Shown: positions 37,899-48,543 of the stretch, in pieces
Layout: every line of letters starts with the position of its first letter
How positions within the stretch are numbered: the first letter of the stretch is position 1
Assembly (NCBI GenBank): GCA_042564455.1
Contig: JBHPLC010000005.1
Location: 481-64,480 of the forward strand
DNA from: Candidatus Zhuqueibacterota bacterium
GTDB taxonomy: Bacteria; SM23-31
Direction of reading: 5' to 3'
DNA length: 64,000 bases
Program-made: the position numbers and the translations under genes
The notes under the pieces: generated by a model
The model's input: the letters and a program-made list of their open reading frames with translations, nothing else
Told to the model about the DNA's origin: nothing
Database searches by the model: none

Positions 37899-39749
37899 CT
37901 ATTTATCCCTGACACAGCGCACAGAACACCCTTCTCTCTTGTCGTGGCTGTTACGCATTACATCTGCATTTTTATAATACAGCCTGCGGAACCACGCACT
38001 GCTACTACTTGCCTCTGTAGACGACCAAAAGTAAGCGTAGCGATCTGGAAAGCCGAAATAACCATTGACGTAGGAACGAAAACCACCGGGTAATGCGGTA
38101 AAGCCGCTTCCGTTGGAAGCTCCTGTGTTGGGATTGCTCCAGTGTGATGTCCCAGTTTCTTTTAACTTTCCTCCTTCGTCTGTACCGCGGTATCCTCCAC
38201 CGTCAGCATCGGTCTGACTCATGCCGAGAAACATCTCCAGTTCTTTCCAGTCATCGTCCGTAGGAACATGCCAGCCCGCGGGAGCTAATCCGCGGCTGTC
38301 ATCAACCGCATACCAGTTGTATAGATGACCGTATTCTGGATGGGCTAAAATACTATAGTTTTTGCAGTATGCGTCTGTTGATAGCCTCGTCCACGATGAA
38401 TAACCGGTTGCGCTTACTTTGGGTATCGCATCCCCGTTGCGGTATTTGGTCACTTTCAGGTTAGTGACCATCCACTCCTGATTACCGATTATTATTGTTT
38501 CATATACATTACCATCTATATCCGTCACTGTGCCGGTTGGTGGAGGGATCTCCTGCACCTGCGTGATGAGTTGTCGGTAATCTATTACTTTTGGTTTATA
38601 GTAATTCACTATTTCCTTTCCAAGTATATCGACTTCAATTCCTACACCTACTTCAGCTCCTCCATACAACTCCCACCAGGGACTTTGATCAACGTCAGCA
38701 TCGAATTCCAGATAACCATTCAGATCGACGTATGGTCCAGCAACTCCGTATAGCATTAGGTTAAATTGTGGGCCAGTATAAGCTTTTATATTGCAATCAC
38801 CAGAGATAGAAGGAGTAACGTAAGTAAATTCCTTTGAAAAATCGCTGATTGCATCCCAACTGCCATTTGAATAGTCTAAACCGGATTTTAGAGTCGCGTT
38901 CTGTGTAACTCCCGCAGTTAACTGTGCCGATGTAGAACCTTCTATACCTACGGTTAAAGCCAATTTAGGAACAATTACAATCGGTACCCATCCAATCCAT
39001 ATAACATATGGATCAAACCATAAAGTTGCGACATCATATTCTTTTTGTATACTTGTAAATTGATCCCCCAAATAAATTTTAAGTTCAGCTGTTTCAACAA
39101 CCGTATTGACAAAAGATAACTCTTGCAGTTTATTGTCATCGATTTCGATATCAAATTCAAAACTGGGATCAATTGTCAACCCGCCGGAGGCTCTTATCTG
39201 ATCATTAGTTGTAGTTACCAAATCTCCATCAACGTCATAAAGAACAATGTTATCTATCGCTATATATATTCCGTCTACACTGGATTTATTTAGATCTATA
39301 GATACTCCTTTCTGAAGACTATTCATACTTTCTGTGCTTATATCAGCGACCGTTAGCCTTTTTTCAGCATTAATTGAAGCCTTTTCAAATACTTCTTCCA
39401 TATTTGCCTTAGTTGTTGTAATGGTTATCTGATCACCCTGTGTGGTTTTACTAGCAACTTTTCTGAGCAATCCATTTGGAAGCTTATCTGCAATATTGGC
39501 AACGAGCACATCATTGATAGCGAGATTCTGCACGGTTGGATCGTTAGCTGGAAAGATCATCGTCGTTCCATCTTCCGACACAGAGACGATATTCTCTGCA
39601 GTTGAGCTTTCAAGAATCTTAGTCACCTCGGCTATTTCATACGTCTCTACTTGCTCCTCCGGCCCTGTAGGACCATTATCGCACATGACAAACAAAAACA
39701 GTGTCAAAACGATTATGAACCGTTTCATGTTCTTCTCCTTTTTGCACAT
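37899..39749 (-). CDS. lipoprotein with C-terminal FISUMP domain
   Basis: 616 aa. Signal with Cys (LFLFVMCDNG); the likely start is MKRF at 39728. The C-terminal 210 aa are paralogous to 9063..9857 and include a 98-nt identical block. Confidence 0.8.
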   Translation of the reverse strand: MCKKEKNMKRFIIVLTLFLFVMCDNGPTGPEEQVETYEIAEVTKILESSTAENIVSVSEDGTTMIFPANDPTVQNLAINDVLVANIADKLPNGLLRKVASKTTQGDQITITTTKANMEEVFEKASINAEKRLTVADISTESMNSLQKGVSIDLNKSSVDGIYIAIDNIVLYDVDGDLVTTTNDQIRASGGLTIDPSFEFDIEIDDNKLQELSFVNTVVETAELKIYLGDQFTSIQKEYDVATLWFDPYVIWIGWVPIVIVPKLALTVGIEGSTSAQLTAGVTQNATLKSGLDYSNGSWDAISDFSKEFTYVTPSISGDCNIKAYTGPQFNLMLYGVAGPYVDLNGYLEFDADVDQSPWWELYGGAEVGVGIEVDILGKEIVNYYKPKVIDYRQLITQVQEIPPPTGTVTDIDGNVYETIIIGNQEWMVTNLKVTKYRNGDAIPKVSATGYSSWTRLSTDAYCKNYSILAHPEYGHLYNWYAVDDSRGLAPAGWHVPTDDDWKELEMFLGMSQTDADGGGYRGTDEGGKLKETGTSHWSNPNTGASNGSGFTALPGGFRSYVNGYFGFPDRYAYFWSSTEASSSSAWFRRLYYKNADVMRNSHDKREGCSVRCVRDK

Positions 39750-40022
39750 AACATTGACAAATTTTAAATTCTCTTTATTAGCTCTCTTTAAGAGATCGAA
39801 AAACAGTTGGAAAGGGAATGCCAGATATCTTATTTAAACACAAAGCGGTTTAACGTGAGGATCAACTCAGGTCTAAGTTTGTATGCATAATTGAAGTATT
39901 TATATAGTAAAATAGTACCGGAAGATATGTAATAAATAGTAATATGTCAAGGTGTTATTGTTTTTTTTTAAACGAGAGCAAAAGAAAGTGTCAGTCCACA
40001 GAAATATTTCGAGTTTAAAGGC

Positions 40023-40447
40023 AAGGTAAGTAATATAAAAAGTCGCGCACAATGCATTTAAAGCCACCCTAAGCGCTTATTTTAGTAAATAGGTGCTGGT
40101 CAACCACTGCCTGTACTCAGTCCCAAAAAAGCTAAAAATAGTTAAAAACATACTTGTATCCTTAGAAAATATATTAGATATTAGTAGACTTAATGAATAT
40201 ACCTCCAATATTAAAAAGGATTTGACTGTGCAATTCACAAAACTCAGAAAGCTTCGTTTAATGAATGAACTCTCGCTCGACGATGTTGCTTTGGAAACCG
40301 GATTGTCCATTGGTTTTATTAACAGGATTGAGAGAGGTTATGTCGCTGACATTAAAAATCCAGCGAAGAGGAAAAGGCTGGAAAACTATATTAAGCAACT
40401 TGAAAAAAAGACTAAAGAGAATTTTAGACTATAACCGCACTTTTGCT
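40023..40447 (+). repeat. direct repeat copy 1 (conserved upstream block plus HTH gene)
   Basis: It aligns block-wise with 47561-48062. Block 1 is aaggtaagtaatataaaaag.cgcg.acaa.gcat.taa.gccaccctaagc. Block 2 runs from aaaaac.t.cttg through the whole HTH ORF to cgcacttttgct. Confidence 0.75.
40228..40434 (+). CDS. XRE-family helix-turn-helix protein (short)
   Basis: VQFTKLRKLRLMNELSLDDVALETGLSIGFINRIERGYV... I prefer the GTG start 7 nt after aaagga. The track's 40093 start is not conserved in the paralogue. Confidence 0.65.
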   Translation: MQFTKLRKLRLMNELSLDDVALETGLSIGFINRIERGYVADIKNPAKRKRLENYIKQLEKKTKENFRL

Positions 40448-40583
40448 GGCCTCAGAATAAATTGAAATTATTCATGTACCTCGTCAAAGCATTTCGGACT
40501 GATTTGCATATAAATTAAGAGATACTTTTGACATATCCAAATAATTATTCCCTTTGTTTTTGTACAGGTTTTGAGATTCCTAA

Positions 40584-41885
40584 TTACCGAGCGATGCAAT
40601 ATAGGAATTGATACCCCCTCAGAAATATCTCGTCCCCGGCAATCGCCGGTGAAGAGTCAAATTTATCATCGAGCGTGTTTGTTGCCAGAACATCGTATTC
40701 ACTGCCATTATTCAGTACAAGTGTAACTCCATCCCTGCCTAAAACATACACCCGGTCATTCACACCCACGGGAGAGGAATATACACCACTGATGCCGTCA
40801 AGCCGCTGGTTTGAGTAATGCGGCTGCCCAGTAGCAGTATTGAGACAGGTCAGAAATCCATTGTTGCTTTTCAGAAAGTACAAATTACCTCCGAGAAGCA
40901 ACGGTGACGGCGTGTATGGCGTAAACTGATTATATGCCCAGAGTATAGCCGGAGATCCGCTGATATCTCCTTTGGCTTCTTCAAGGCGAATAGCGCGAAG
41001 CGCGAAACCTCCAAATCCGCTTAAAACATAAACTACCCCATCAGCAGCTACAGGTGAAGGAATGACGTTCCTGGTTAGACCGTCATCTTCCCAGACCAAC
41101 TCCCCGGTAGCCAAGTCGTAGCTTCGAATTTTACTCGTGGCAGTGGTGATAACCTGTGGCTTACCCGCTACCTCCACGATCAGCGGTGTCATCCATGTCG
41201 TACCTTCATCCCTGTTCTTCCGCCAGATCTCATCACCGGTAACAGCGTCGAGTACCACTATAAAGGACTGGCCTTCATGATCCCAGTTTACAATAAGCCG
41301 GTTTTTATACAGTACTGGGGAACTGCCCTCGCCGAACTGCATCACTTTGCTCATGTCGCCGAAATCCTTCTCCCACAACAGATCTCCCCCAACAGTGAAG
41401 CAGTACAGACCTTGGGATCCGAAGTAGAAATAAACACGTTCTCCGTCCGTTACCGGGGAATTTGTAGCAAATGTGGAGGACGGGTGTTGTCCTTCATGAG
41501 GAACTTCTTCCCTGACCATATGTTCCCATTTGATCTCGCCGGTCGTTCGGTCTATACACATCACCACGAACTTTACTGGCTGAGTATACCTGACGCTCAT
41601 ACCACGGCCACGGGATCCAGAGCTGCCGGTCTCAGATGATATACCCGCAGTCAGAAATATATCATTTCCCCAGATCGCCGGTGTTGCATAACCATTTCCG
41701 GGAAGGGGGATTTTCCATCGAATATTCTTTTGTTCGCTCCATTCAACAGGTGGATTCCCTTCCGGAGCAGCACCTGTCATCAATGGACCGCGCCACTGGG
41801 GCCAATTCTGAGCAGAAACAAAACTCACGTTAACCAGAATTACTAAACATGAAATCATAATAATCCATCGGACTAATTTTTTCAT
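40584..41885 (-). CDS. PQQ-like beta-propeller repeat protein, secreted
   Basis: NWPQWRGPLMTGAAPEGNPPVEWSEQKNIRWKIPLPGNGYATPAIWGNDIFL plus repeated blades. Confidence 0.8.
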   Translation of the reverse strand: MKKLVRWIIMISCLVILVNVSFVSAQNWPQWRGPLMTGAAPEGNPPVEWSEQKNIRWKIPLPGNGYATPAIWGNDIFLTAGISSETGSSGSRGRGMSVRYTQPVKFVVMCIDRTTGEIKWEHMVREEVPHEGQHPSSTFATNSPVTDGERVYFYFGSQGLYCFTVGGDLLWEKDFGDMSKVMQFGEGSSPVLYKNRLIVNWDHEGQSFIVVLDAVTGDEIWRKNRDEGTTWMTPLIVEVAGKPQVITTATSKIRSYDLATGELVWEDDGLTRNVIPSPVAADGVVYVLSGFGGFALRAIRLEEAKGDISGSPAILWAYNQFTPYTPSPLLLGGNLYFLKSNNGFLTCLNTATGQPHYSNQRLDGISGVYSSPVGVNDRVYVLGRDGVTLVLNNGSEYDVLATNTLDDKFDSSPAIAGDEIFLRGYQFLYCIAR

Positions 41886-42180
41886 TTTAATTCCTCTTCT
41901 ATTTGTTATGGTAAATTATATTACAATAAATATACAATTCAGGCCGAATTTTTAAAATTTAACAGATAATTACAAATATGCAAGAGTTTTATATTTGCCT
42001 CCTTTTTCAGATTATTTTCATATATAACTCATCACTTCTACACTTCTGCAGCGAATAATCCAAGAAATGCGGTGAATACATGCTCAAAACCACTGGAAAT
42101 GCTATGAATAATCTTAAGAATCTTTAAGGTAGAACAGAGTGGTAGTTCCACCCTTATTCTTCAAGCTTATCCTACTTCCC

Positions 42181-42663
42181 CTACTTACCTTCCATACTAG
42201 GAAGAGGATCGTTGCTATTAAAAATAGACAAAGAGAGTTTCCATGTGTCGTCAGGTTGCCTTCTGTAGATATGAAGATACTTATTATTGATAGGTATCGG
42301 ATCTTCACCTGATTTCGGAGTTATCAAGCCTGTACATTGGCCTGGTACAATTGCCTGATCACCAACTATATCTATCTTATCCGGAACATGTTTGCTTTCA
42401 AAGGTGAATTGATCAAAAGAAGTCTTCATATAAGCTCGAATTGCTTCTTTACCTGTTAATGTAGGACCATTTGGTTGCATTAATACTACATTATTTGTGT
42501 ACGCTGCTATATTTCCTTCAAGGTCACCCACTGCTGCAGTTCTATCATATCCATCCTCCATTTGCATTATAGCTGCAACATCTGCCTCTATATCAACACC
42601 CTGGCCACAGCCGGTGATCAAAAAAACTGCGAAAATCATTAGTAATACAAATGCTTTTCTCAT
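42181..42663 (-). CDS. SnoaL-like / DUF4440-type lipoprotein
   Basis: I place the start at MRKAFVLLMIFAVFLITGC (42663). The NTF2-like body ends in ..YRRQPDDTWKLSLSIFN. Confidence 0.6.
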   Translation of the reverse strand: MRKAFVLLMIFAVFLITGCGQGVDIEADVAAIMQMEDGYDRTAAVGDLEGNIAAYTNNVVLMQPNGPTLTGKEAIRAYMKTSFDQFTFESKHVPDKIDIVGDQAIVPGQCTGLITPKSGEDPIPINNKYLHIYRRQPDDTWKLSLSIFNSNDPLPSMEGK

Positions 42664-42700
42664 GGTACTTTCCTCCATGTATGAAAAGTTTACGTTGTTC

Positions 42701-44935
42701 TCAAACCTCAAAGTTCTCCCACTCATACTTGACTCTCACCATAAGCTTCTTAAACCGCTCCTCGCCGCGGATGTTTTCGAGGAAGGGATCGTAGTCATTG
42801 AGGTGCGGGTAGTTTATCCAGCCCTTTCCAACTGCGTTTTCAAGCCAATCCAAAGCCTCCTCTTTTTTGTCTATCAATGAATAACGTTCTGCCATCCACC
42901 ACGAATACCATGTATCTCGCCTTGCCCATATTTCAAGTTCCCTGCTAATAGAATTCAGCATCCCTGATTTTTCTCCCTGCAAAGCATACTTCAGCAGAAC
43001 ATTCATTTGGGTAATAAAGTTGTCAGGCGAAGTTTGGGCACATTTATCTATAAGAGAATACGCCTCTTCGTATCGTTTGAGCCATGAAAGGCAAATTACT
43101 CGCCAATATTCAATCATAGGATTCTCAGGTGAAAGTTGACCTGCTTTTTCGTATAATTTAAGTGCTTGATCATATTGCCCTTTAAACAAATATGGACCTC
43201 CTAACATCAAAGGACCAAGATAATTGAGCGGATCGACTCGTGCAATTTTCTCAGCGAGCTGAAGAACCGTAGACATTTTCCCAACCGCTGCATATGCAGC
43301 CGCAAGCCAGAACATTGTATCAGGATCGTTTGGATCCACGTCAAGAGCGCGACTCAGGTGTTGAATACTCTGTTTTTGATCTCCACGAAACGCTAAATAT
43401 ATGATTCCAAGAACGAGGTGTCCTTGAGGTGACTCCGGATCCAGTACAAACGCTTTCTGTACATATTCCTCTGCTTTATCGATGTGATCCTCACCCCCTA
43501 ATCCAATATTGGTATATTGAAAATACGCGTACCCTATACCAGCATACAACACTGGATTATCCCCTATTATGTTTAGGGCATTCTGTAAACCATGTAACGC
43601 GCGATCAAGCCCCTCTTTTGACCACTGGTTGATGTCATACTTTGCTCTAAGATAACACTCATAAGCCTGTACATTGTCGATAGGCCGCTCGGCGATTTGT
43701 TTATTCTCTTTTTGTGTCAATTTCACTTTGAGAGCATCAACAATCGACCTTGATACTTTCTCCTGAATGTCAAATATATCGTCCAGAGTCCCATCGTATT
43801 TCTCCGCCCACACATGATCGTCTATCGGTGCATTGATAAGCTGTGCCATTATTCGGAGGTTGTTTCCGGCCTTGCGGACTGAGCCTTCAAGGACGTACTG
43901 TACATTCAGTTCTTTAGCGATTATCCTTATTTCTTTCTTAGTATCTTTAAGCATCATAGCTGACGTACGCGATATCACCCTGAGGTCATGTATATGCGAC
44001 AGGTCAGTGATTATCTCTTCCGTAAGTCCGTCACTGAAGTATTCCTGTTCAGGATCGGAACTCATATTCTCGAATGGCAGGACAACGATCGATCTTTCAG
44101 TTTCTATTACTGTAACTGGAGAAGGGAGTTTTATCTCCCCTGATAATTCCTGCATACTCTGGTATCTGACTGCGGGATCTTTTTTAAGGCATTTATTAAT
44201 GATCGCGTCAAAGTAATTCGGTATATTTTTGCGCAGAGCAGTTGTACTCTCCGGATCGGTATTTACCACCGAGTACATCACAGCCGCTTCATATTCGCCT
44301 TTGAAAGGGATTTTTCTAGTCAGCATTTCGAATAACACTACACCGAAAGACCAAATGTCCGTACGATGGTCTATATCTTCAGCTTTATACTGCTCCGGAG
44401 ACATATATTTGGCAGTACCGACAGTAGAAGATTCCATTGTAAGTTTAGTGACACCTTTCATCTGCGCCAGGCCAAAGTCGAGGAGTTTTACTCTACCAGA
44501 GTTATCAATAAGGATATTCTCGGGCTTTATGTCGCGGTGGGTGATACCCGCCTTGTGTGCTTCCTGCAATCCTTCACACATCTGTGTGGCAATGTCTATT
44601 ACGCGGTCGAGTGGTATTTCGCCTTCCTGTATCACATCCCGGAGAGACTTCCCGTCAACATACTCCATGGCTATGTAGGTATCACCATCATGCTCACCTA
44701 TCTCAAAAATCGTCACTATATTAGGATGGTTCAATTTCGCCGCAGACTTTGCTTCACGCTTGAACCGTTCGACTGCCTTTTCGTCGGAAGTAAAATGTGC
44801 CGGCAGGAACTTCAACGCTACTTTCCGTTCCAGCTTGGTATCCTCCGCAAGATATACCTCTCCCATGCCGCCTTCACCGAGTTTTTCGAGGATCTTATAG
44901 TGTGCTATTGTTTCACCGATCATATTTATATCCAC
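42701..44935 (-). CDS. Ser/Thr protein kinase with C-terminal TPR region
   Basis: GEGGMGEVYLA, VALK, HRDIKPENILI, DFGLA, SPEQ, then TPR-like repeats. The tail is RFKKLMVRVKYEWENFEV. The likely true start is MIGETIAHY at 44923. Confidence 0.9.
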   Translation of the reverse strand: MDINMIGETIAHYKILEKLGEGGMGEVYLAEDTKLERKVALKFLPAHFTSDEKAVERFKREAKSAAKLNHPNIVTIFEIGEHDGDTYIAMEYVDGKSLRDVIQEGEIPLDRVIDIATQMCEGLQEAHKAGITHRDIKPENILIDNSGRVKLLDFGLAQMKGVTKLTMESSTVGTAKYMSPEQYKAEDIDHRTDIWSFGVVLFEMLTRKIPFKGEYEAAVMYSVVNTDPESTTALRKNIPNYFDAIINKCLKKDPAVRYQSMQELSGEIKLPSPVTVIETERSIVVLPFENMSSDPEQEYFSDGLTEEIITDLSHIHDLRVISRTSAMMLKDTKKEIRIIAKELNVQYVLEGSVRKAGNNLRIMAQLINAPIDDHVWAEKYDGTLDDIFDIQEKVSRSIVDALKVKLTQKENKQIAERPIDNVQAYECYLRAKYDINQWSKEGLDRALHGLQNALNIIGDNPVLYAGIGYAYFQYTNIGLGGEDHIDKAEEYVQKAFVLDPESPQGHLVLGIIYLAFRGDQKQSIQHLSRALDVDPNDPDTMFWLAAAYAAVGKMSTVLQLAEKIARVDPLNYLGPLMLGGPYLFKGQYDQALKLYEKAGQLSPENPMIEYWRVICLSWLKRYEEAYSLIDKCAQTSPDNFITQMNVLLKYALQGEKSGMLNSISRELEIWARRDTWYSWWMAERYSLIDKKEEALDWLENAVGKGWINYPHLNDYDPFLENIRGEERFKKLMVRVKYEWENFEV

Positions 44936-44937
44936 CC

Positions 44938-45018
44938 TTATTTATTCTCGTCTTTGAACAATTCCTTCAGCTCCTCGAACCAGTTGACGACGACGTTGAT
45001 CTGGATTAATTCTTTCAT
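44938..45018 (-). pseudogene. orphan 3' stub of a TolB-type kinase gene
   Basis: The minus strand reads MKELIQINVVVNWFEELKELFKDENK-stop. Compare IIIVLNWFDEMKEEFSDRKK-stop at 25969. Confidence 0.55.
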
Positions 45019-45081
45019 ATCCAAAATCCTTTACCATCAGGAAATTGTATTTATTCGAAAATCACAACATTAATATCAATA

Positions 45082-47340
45082 TTATCCCTTCGGTTTCAGC
45101 AGGTCTATAAAAGGCTTGTAATCGAGCAACGATTCAAATTCGATATATCTATGAAAACCACCATAATAAGAAAACCTGCGTGAAAATAGTTCTTTAAGGA
45201 TATCTACAGCCTGTTCTTTTTTGCCAAGCTGGGCAGTAATTCGTGCCTTCCAAAGTAAACTGCCCGATCCTAATGGATCTTGATTATTTATCAAATTAAT
45301 TATTTCCTCTGCTTTTTCAGAGTTTCCGAGACAAGCTGAGATACATCCAATAAAGAATTGATATGTTATATTATCAGGATTTTCTTCGATCAGCTTTTCA
45401 CAGATTTCTTGTGCCACATTAAGACTATCCGAATAATAGTAAGTTAATCCTAACCTATGGTGATCATCTGGTGAAGACGGCGGATGGATTCTGAACCACT
45501 CAAATGCCCGATCGAGCATTTTACGGGAAGCATCATTGTATCCGTGGGCACGAAGTTCTAAAGCTGCATTAAGCATTAAGAAGGTTGGATTCCCTTCACT
45601 CGTTTCAATTCTCTCATCGATAACCTTATGTATATCGTCAATCCTGTTCATCGCAGCAAGGGGCCAAATTTGCAGATTCCAATATTCTGTCCAGTCCGGA
45701 TAGTTCTGCTGTCCCCTTTGCGCTGCTTCATATGCCAATTGATAATCACCCAACATATAATGAGAGCGCGATAAACACAACCAATATCCGCTCCATCCTC
45801 TCATTGGACCTCGCTCAGGATCAAGCGTTAAAAGTGCGGTGACAGCCTCCTGCGGCCTATTCCAGCGCAACGATTCCGCTGCATAATTGTAGACCGCTTT
45901 TGATCCGGGTGCCAATTCTGCAGCTTTGCGAGTCGCACTATATGCCTCTTCTATATTTTGTTTACTTGCTGCCTGAAGCCAGTCCAGCATGAAGCAGTAA
46001 TATTCCGAGAGTTGATCTCTTTTTTTATCGAGCACAGGTAACAAACTGCGAACTCTATCCATATTGCCATTACTTGAACTTACTGCAGAATAAAAAAGAG
46101 CAACCACAAATGTTGAATCTTCTGCATATGCTTCACTAAAATGCTGATCTGCGTCACTATATCTTCCATTAAAATAATCTTCTAAGCCTAAATTAAACTC
46201 CTTGTACGCTTCAATATTTGGAGGATCATACCCTATTAATGCCGAAGTTGCCAGCCGCTCATCCAGCACCACAGCTAAATAGCCGAGCACTTTTTCACAT
46301 AATTGGTTGATCGCCCCGGTTGGCGCACTGAGCTGCCCCCGCACCGGATCTAACGCTCCGCGCTGTTCGTCATTATATACATCCTTTACTTGTGTTCGAA
46401 TTAAGAGTTCTTCACCCTCACGATAATATTGTCCTGAAACAACCACACCTGCTCTGGTTTCCTCTGCCAGCGCCCGGAATGGATCGGTAATCCGTCGGGA
46501 TTCCGCTACCGTGCTTAAGTACAGTGAAGCCTTAAGCGCCGTCGGCCACTCGATCACTTCGATTATGCCGGTATTCTGAAGGCCCTGCGTGATACAGTCG
46601 CCCATCAGTTTGCCGTATTGATCGAGCTCCGGATCACCAGTTTCATTCTCGAAAACCGCGACAACGATACGATTCTCTACAAGATTCGAGTCTTCCGTGC
46701 GAGTCGACCAGAAGAAAACTGAAGCAGCAATAAGAATAATTGCCGCGGCGGACATCAAAACAGGAAACTTTAGGTGTTTTTGGACGGTTTTTTCTACTTT
46801 TGCGTCACCTGTAACATGCTTATCTATCACAGGCGCCGGAAGCCCTTCACTGGTGAGTGCGTAAATCTTTAACGGACGACCAACGTTCTTCAACTCTCTT
46901 TCACCAATAAGCACCGTGACGATCTCAGACTTATTACGGACGTCATCGTACACTTTTTCGGATATGCAAATACCCCCAGGCGCGGCCAATGGTTCTATAC
47001 GGGACGCTATATTAACGCCATCACCGAATATGTCTCCTTTTTGAATTACGACATCACCAATGTGAATCCCGATGCGTATTTTGAAATCTGGCTCATCCTT
47101 CAAACTACGCTGCACTTCTATCGCACAGGTAACCGCTTCCACAGCGCTGTGAAAACTCGACAGGGTGCCGTCGCCGATCTCTTTGAGGAACTCACCATTG
47201 TACTGTGCAATAAGCGGTTTTAAGGTATCCCGTTTCCTCTGAAGCACCTCCAGGGCTTTATGTTCATCCTTCGACATCAGGGCGGTATACCCCACAATGT
47301 CAGTGAACATTATTGCTGCGAGTTTACGTTTTTCACTCAT
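45082..47340 (-). CDS. class III adenylate/guanylate cyclase with TM helix and TPR region
   Basis: LAAIMFTDIVGYTALMSKDE...FLKEIGDGTLSSF...IRIGIHIGDVV...GDGVNIASRIE, then a TM helix and TPR-like repeats. Confidence 0.85.
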   Translation of the reverse strand: MSEKRKLAAIMFTDIVGYTALMSKDEHKALEVLQRKRDTLKPLIAQYNGEFLKEIGDGTLSSFHSAVEAVTCAIEVQRSLKDEPDFKIRIGIHIGDVVIQKGDIFGDGVNIASRIEPLAAPGGICISEKVYDDVRNKSEIVTVLIGERELKNVGRPLKIYALTSEGLPAPVIDKHVTGDAKVEKTVQKHLKFPVLMSAAAIILIAASVFFWSTRTEDSNLVENRIVVAVFENETGDPELDQYGKLMGDCITQGLQNTGIIEVIEWPTALKASLYLSTVAESRRITDPFRALAEETRAGVVVSGQYYREGEELLIRTQVKDVYNDEQRGALDPVRGQLSAPTGAINQLCEKVLGYLAVVLDERLATSALIGYDPPNIEAYKEFNLGLEDYFNGRYSDADQHFSEAYAEDSTFVVALFYSAVSSSNGNMDRVRSLLPVLDKKRDQLSEYYCFMLDWLQAASKQNIEEAYSATRKAAELAPGSKAVYNYAAESLRWNRPQEAVTALLTLDPERGPMRGWSGYWLCLSRSHYMLGDYQLAYEAAQRGQQNYPDWTEYWNLQIWPLAAMNRIDDIHKVIDERIETSEGNPTFLMLNAALELRAHGYNDASRKMLDRAFEWFRIHPPSSPDDHHRLGLTYYYSDSLNVAQEICEKLIEENPDNITYQFFIGCISACLGNSEKAEEIINLINNQDPLGSGSLLWKARITAQLGKKEQAVDILKELFSRRFSYYGGFHRYIEFESLLDYKPFIDLLKPKG

Positions 47341-47560
47341 TAGAAACCTCTTGAAAAGAAAATTTCGTAAAAAATGTCACAATAGAGATTGTAAAAACTG
47401 TAAGATCAGGGATGCCCGTAAAGTCAGCTCAATTCAATTGGGCTTAATACGAGTTCTGGATCAGATTTTAGAATGTATGTTTGTGATGAGTAATTTGCAG
47501 ATTAATATAACCTTAAAAGGTATATAAAAAAAAAGGAATTGTCAATATTTTATTGAAGAT

Positions 47561-48062
47561 AAGGTAAGTAATATAAAAAGCCGCGTACAACGCATATAAC
47601 GCCACCCTAAGCTCATGTTTTAGTTAAAGAGTGTCATAGGATAGGTGTTTAAGCAGGGCTTAAAACTTCACTAAAATGCTATTGGGCAGATAATGTCATC
47701 TTCCTGCCGTGTATAAATGTAATCTTCCCAATAAGCCATAAAAAAACTAAATAAAGTCAAAAACCTGCTTGCATGCTTAAAATATATATTAGATATTAGT
47801 AGACTTAAAGAATAAACCTCCAATATTAAAAAGGACTTGACTGTGCAATTCACAAAACTCAGAAAACTTCGCTTAATGAATGATATCACACTTGATGAAA
47901 TTGCTATGGAAACCGAATTGTCAATTGGTTTGATTAGCCGGCTTGAGAGAGGTTATGTCACTGAGATCAAAAACCCGGCGAAGAGGAAAAGGATGGAGAA
48001 CTATATAAAACATCTTGAGAAAAAGACTAAAAACGAGTTTAAACTTTAATCGCACTTTTGCT
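47561..48062 (+). repeat. direct repeat copy 2 (conserved upstream block plus HTH gene)
   Basis: See 40023-40447. This copy carries roughly 80-90 extra nt between the two conserved blocks. Confidence 0.75.
47843..48049 (+). CDS. XRE-family helix-turn-helix protein (short), paralogue of 40228..40434
   Basis: VQFTKLRKLRLMNDITLDEIAMETELSIGLISRLERGYV... Confidence 0.65.
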   Translation: MQFTKLRKLRLMNDITLDEIAMETELSIGLISRLERGYVTEIKNPAKRKRMENYIKHLEKKTKNEFKL

Positions 48063-48101
48063 TCAATTTATTTAGATAATTGTCATGAACCTTAATATTT
48101 A

Positions 48102-48434
48102 TCACCCTCTAAGTAACTTCTGTGCGATCTGATTTTCATTTAACCTCAATGCCCCTCTCCATGTATACTGGAATTCACTCTTAGCATCAATTCTTGGCAG
48201 TAAATGATAAAAATTGTTGGCAATATCTGTCGGCAGTAATATACTTCCGTCTTTCTCGATCACTGCAACATGTTTCAGGTTTTCCGGATGGTAGACATCC
48301 ATTGAACCTTTTGGATTCTTCTTTACCTTGAATCCCCAGCTATTCAGTACATCTAATAGTTGATCGTTATCCATTAGAACGTAATCACTCTCCGTATACT
48401 TTTGGGTTGATGCGGTTTTTTTGAATATAGGCAA
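48102..48434 (-). CDS. hypothetical protein
   Basis: 110-aa ORF with a TTG start and no recognisable motif. Confidence 0.35.
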   Translation of the reverse strand: MPIFKKTASTQKYTESDYVLMDNDQLLDVLNSWGFKVKKNPKGSMDVYHPENLKHVAVIEKDGSILLPTDIANNFYHLLPRIDAKSEFQYTWRGALRLNENQIAQKLLRG

Positions 48435-48543
48435 ATTATACTACGAATAAAAAATTTAAGAAACAATAGGAATTTTGGGGCAGTTTTACAACATGTTTTG
48501 TGGTTATATATAGCAGATTAAACAGTATGTTTTGTACAATCCA

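Noticed and set aside
40093-40227. N-terminal extension of the HTH ORF, and likewise 42664-42726 for the SnoaL-like ORF and 9858-9899 for the FISUMP ORF.
   Set aside because: None of the three extensions looks like genuine coding sequence. The HTH extension is not open in the paralogous copy (47561-47842). The SnoaL extension is the overlapping kinase 3' end read in another frame. The FISUMP extension is a kinase stub.
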